The position numbers and the translations under genes were made by a program. From Camelus dromedarius (taxonomy: Eukaryota): 64,000 bases of DNA. Under the pieces are notes generated by a model, which was not told the DNA's origin, did not search any database, and saw nothing but the letters and a program-made list of their open reading frames with translations. The DNA lies in contig NC_087436.1 of NCBI RefSeq assembly GCF_036321535.1, positions 122,390,001 to 122,454,000 of the forward strand, in the 5' to 3' direction. Numbering within the stretch: the stretch's first letter is position 1; every line of letters begins with the position of its first letter. Below are positions 61,236 to 64,000 of this stretch, in pieces.

Positions 61236-62790
61236 GATGGGGGCTGGAGCCTGGGCAGAGTGGCCCCCTGGGCCCCCTCCTGGCCTTTAGTCCCTCTGAA
61301 CGCACTGAGGACAAACGCGCTGTGTGCCCGTCGGGGCCCATGGTGTGGGGGTTGCTCCCCAGTGAGGCTGCCACCAGGTTCCAGTCCATGCTGTGGCCCG
61401 TGGCCAGCAGCGACCCCTGGTGGCGGCCGGCCTGTGGCTGCGGCCCACCTGGGAGTCCATCCTGGGGAGAAGATGGGTCCTGGGGAGGTCTGGGCTGGGG
61501 CCTTTGCCTGAGGCATGCTCAGAGGTCTTCTAACCAGGCAGGCCTCGGCCTGGGTCCCTGTGTGGGGACCCCCCCCGTGGTTGATGAGAGAGTGTCCTTT
61601 GCTGGTGGTTCCTCGGTAGGTCTGGTGCTTTCTCGCCCGTGTCCTTTGTCCGCTTGACGACAGTGAGGTCTGGGCCGGCAGCACCAGCACCATCGGGAAT
61701 GGGCTGGGAACGCAGAACCTCAGGCTGCCCTCCTCCTGGTTCTGGGGGCCACGGTGTGAGGACATGGCTCTAGGTCTCAGTTTCAGAGACGAGTGTCCGA
61801 CCAGCTCTCTGCCGGCCCGTGCCCAGGGTCCCCTGATGCCCTGCGGGCCAGGACCCTGCCCAGTTCAGAAGGACTTCTGGGGGCTGCCATACACTCCGCG
61901 TGCCTGTCCCTGGAGTTCACCTCAAAGTGCCTCCCCAGCCCCGTCCCCTGTATCACAGGGTCAGTGAGCAAGGGACCAAGACAAGGGCAGCGCTCTGGCC
62001 CGTGTCCAAGGGTCCAGCAAGTGTGACGCGCCCCTCCTCTGGAGTGGGCCCTGGGGGACCAGAGATGCAGCCACTGGGGCCGGGGGTGTGGACTTGGAAA
62101 CCCTACTCAGGCCTTATTTCTTACTTGAGTTTTTAGAGGCAGAGCATTTTTCAGGAGCTACAAAAGTCTGTCCTAGACCGAGAAGCAGCCCGTAGGTTGC
62201 TTGACGCCACCTTCTCAGATTCCCTCACAGAACTGGCTCAGGAGACTGTGGGTCTGCAGCCTGGAAACCCAGCAGGAGCTGCTGGTCAGGAGATGGAGTC
62301 CCTTCTTCCTTGGGAACGGTCTCTGGGGACAGGAGGAGGCCCTCCCTGCTGTCAAGACAGCTTGGAACTATCGACCATAGGTATGATCTCGGCACGGCTA
62401 CGAGACGCACCAGCGACACCTCAGTGACTGTTCGATTAATGGGGCCGAGGCCTAGCCAGGTGACACAAAGCCAACCCTCTCCGTGGCTGGTTTAGGTTTG
62501 CTTCCTCACATTAAAACTTTGGTCTGTTTGGATTTTGATCTGTGGTCATGAGGCAGAGACACCACGCCCCAGGACAGACTTGGGCCCACTTCGTCGTCCC
62601 TAGGGCGGGCTGCCCGCCCACATGCCCGCCCGCGCCCACCGAGCGGCTCCGGAGGAGGTACGGGGCAGGGGCAGGCTGACGGTGCAGAGTGGACGGCAGC
62701 CTGGGTGGCTCAGCCTCGGTCGGGCCAGAGCCAGAAACTTTCACTTCAGTCAAGACCAGGACAACCTCAGTGCTTAGACTTAAGGAAAAC

Positions 62791-62796
62791 TTTATT
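62791..62796 (-). terminator. TACC3: TACC3 polyadenylation signal (AATAAA)
   Basis: Plus TTTATT about 120 nt past the TACC3 stop codon. Confidence 0.85.
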
Positions 62797-62914
62797 TGGT
62801 CTTCTTCCTAAAGCAACCTAGTTTAAAAACGAGTTAAGGTTAATAGAGAAGAAAAAAGAGTCAGACAGACACACACACACACAGGAGAGCCGGGCACAGG
62901 TCAGGACCTCCCCA

Positions 62915-62980
62915 TCAGATTTTCTCCATCTTGGAAATGAGGTCGTCACAGATCCTGGTCAGTTCATCGTTTTCCTTAGT
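62915..62980 (-). CDS. TACC3: TACC3 last coding exon (TKENDELTRICDDLISKMEKI*)
   Basis: 66 nt, CAG acceptor, canonical TACC-domain C-terminus. Confidence 0.96.
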   Translation of the reverse strand, partial: TKENDELTRICDDLISKMEKI

Positions 62981-63110
62981 CTGGAGGAGGGAAGTCGAAT
63001 CCTGAGAATTCTCACAGTGCTCCGAGGAGTCGGGAGCAGCTCCAGGGCTTCTAGAACCAGGGGTCTGCTCCTCCCCGGCTCTGCCCGGACCCCTGGGACC
63101 CCACACCCAC

Positions 63111-63231
63111 CTTCTGCTCCACGACCTTCTCCAGGGAGTGGACCCGCATCTGCTCCTTCCTCAGGACTGCCTGCAGCGCCAGAGCCTCCGCCTGGGCCTT
63201 GCTGCGGACCTGCGCGATCTCCTCGTTGGCC
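63111..63231 (-). CDS. TACC3: TACC3 penultimate exon ([40 protein letters not shown])
   Basis: 121 nt of TACC coiled coil, with phases matching both neighbours. Confidence 0.96.
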
Positions 63232-63314
63232 CTGGAGCAGTGGAGGGCAGGGCTGAGCCCCGACTTGGGGCCTCTTCCCATCCCCGCTCCCCAGCCCCAG
63301 GCTGCAACACTCAC

Positions 63315-63421
63315 AGCTGGAGCTTCTCCTCTGCGTGGGCCTTCAGCGCCTGGTACCTCTGGCCCTCCTTCTCGATCCTCCCTATGTAGCCCTCCACACA
63401 TTGCTTCAGGGACTCTTCGTT
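63315..63421 (-). CDS. TACC3: TACC3 antepenultimate exon ([36 protein letters not shown])
   Basis: 107 nt, AAG acceptor and GTGAGT donor. The rest of the gene lies beyond the window. Confidence 0.96.
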
Positions 63422-64000
63422 CTTTAAGGAAGAGTGATGTGAACTCTGACTGATGGCATGTTGCTGTCTGACCGCATTCAGGAGCGGTCTGGGGGACCCC
63501 CAGGTCAGGCGGGGGCGGTTCCCCAGCGCCGGCTCTCTGGTCGTTCGTGAAATAGCAGTGGACGAGGCCACGTGGGAGCAGCACTCCCCATTTCCTTCTA
63601 AGGACGGCCTACCACACACACAGCCCTAGGCCTCCCCATCCTGGGGTTCAGGAGGGTCCTCGGACACTGGGCCTCACCCTCTGACACCCACGGGCCTCCT
63701 GCCCGTCCCTCAGCCTGCCTGGCACACAGAGCCCACCTGTACGGCCCCTACTCTCCTGCCTCCCCTCCCAGCCCCGGGCTTTGGGGGCCGGGTCTCCAAA
63801 CTGGCCCAGGATGGGTGAAGACAGCAGTGGGGACTGGACATGGCGATCTCTGCAAGGGGACAACCTTGCAGGCATGCACGTGAGGTTGTAGATGACAAAA
63901 CCGACAGCCAGGGCTGGAACCTGGGGCCCCCACACCCCAGGGGCCCACATCAACCTGCTTCCCAGATGCAACCCGAAGGCTCAGCTCCCCCCCGCAGCCT

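Noticed and set aside
62405..62432. CTCF-like motif downstream of TACC3 (also near 14205-14220)
   Set aside because: Only a partial match to the core consensus, so it cannot be called without a PWM scan or ChIP data.
17200..62700. Hundreds of 60-340 aa ORFs in the intergenic region, such as 36389-37423 and 40582-41514
   Set aside because: They are low-complexity P/G/A/R/S/W translations typical of GC-rich non-coding DNA. They show no recognisable family, exon chain or processed-pseudogene hallmarks.

Overview
GC-rich mammalian genomic DNA, probably camelid given a Vic-1-like tRNA-derived SINE at about 57.4-57.6 kb. The minus strand carries the complete FGFR3 gene. It has a non-coding exon 1 near 16468-16714, the ATG at 15979, mutually exclusive IIIb and IIIc exons, the stop at 2297-2299 and AATAAA at 689-694. 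Exon lengths sum to an 801-aa IIIc and an 803-aa IIIb protein, with GT-AG boundaries throughout. About 46 kb upstream, on the same strand, lie the last three coding exons and the polyA signal of TACC3. The intergenic region holds old MIR, L2, L1 and MaLR fragments, two orphan CpG-rich elements and several AT-rich motif clusters that are candidate enhancers. Nearly all ORF-track entries outside these exons are GC-rich noise. I found no new protein-coding system. The unusual signals are regulatory: (1) a pure (CGG)29 tract just after the inferred FGFR3 start site; (2) a perfect (GCC)7/(GGC)7 inverted repeat in intron 1 that could compete with that tract; (3) a strong-Kozak uORF in exon 2; (4) the tandem GT/GA 5' splice site after the transmembrane exon, with a candidate intronic polyA site downstream; (5) a cluster of splicing motifs between IIIb and IIIc. 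Comparisons to human sequence and repeat consensuses are from memory and need alignment to confirm.
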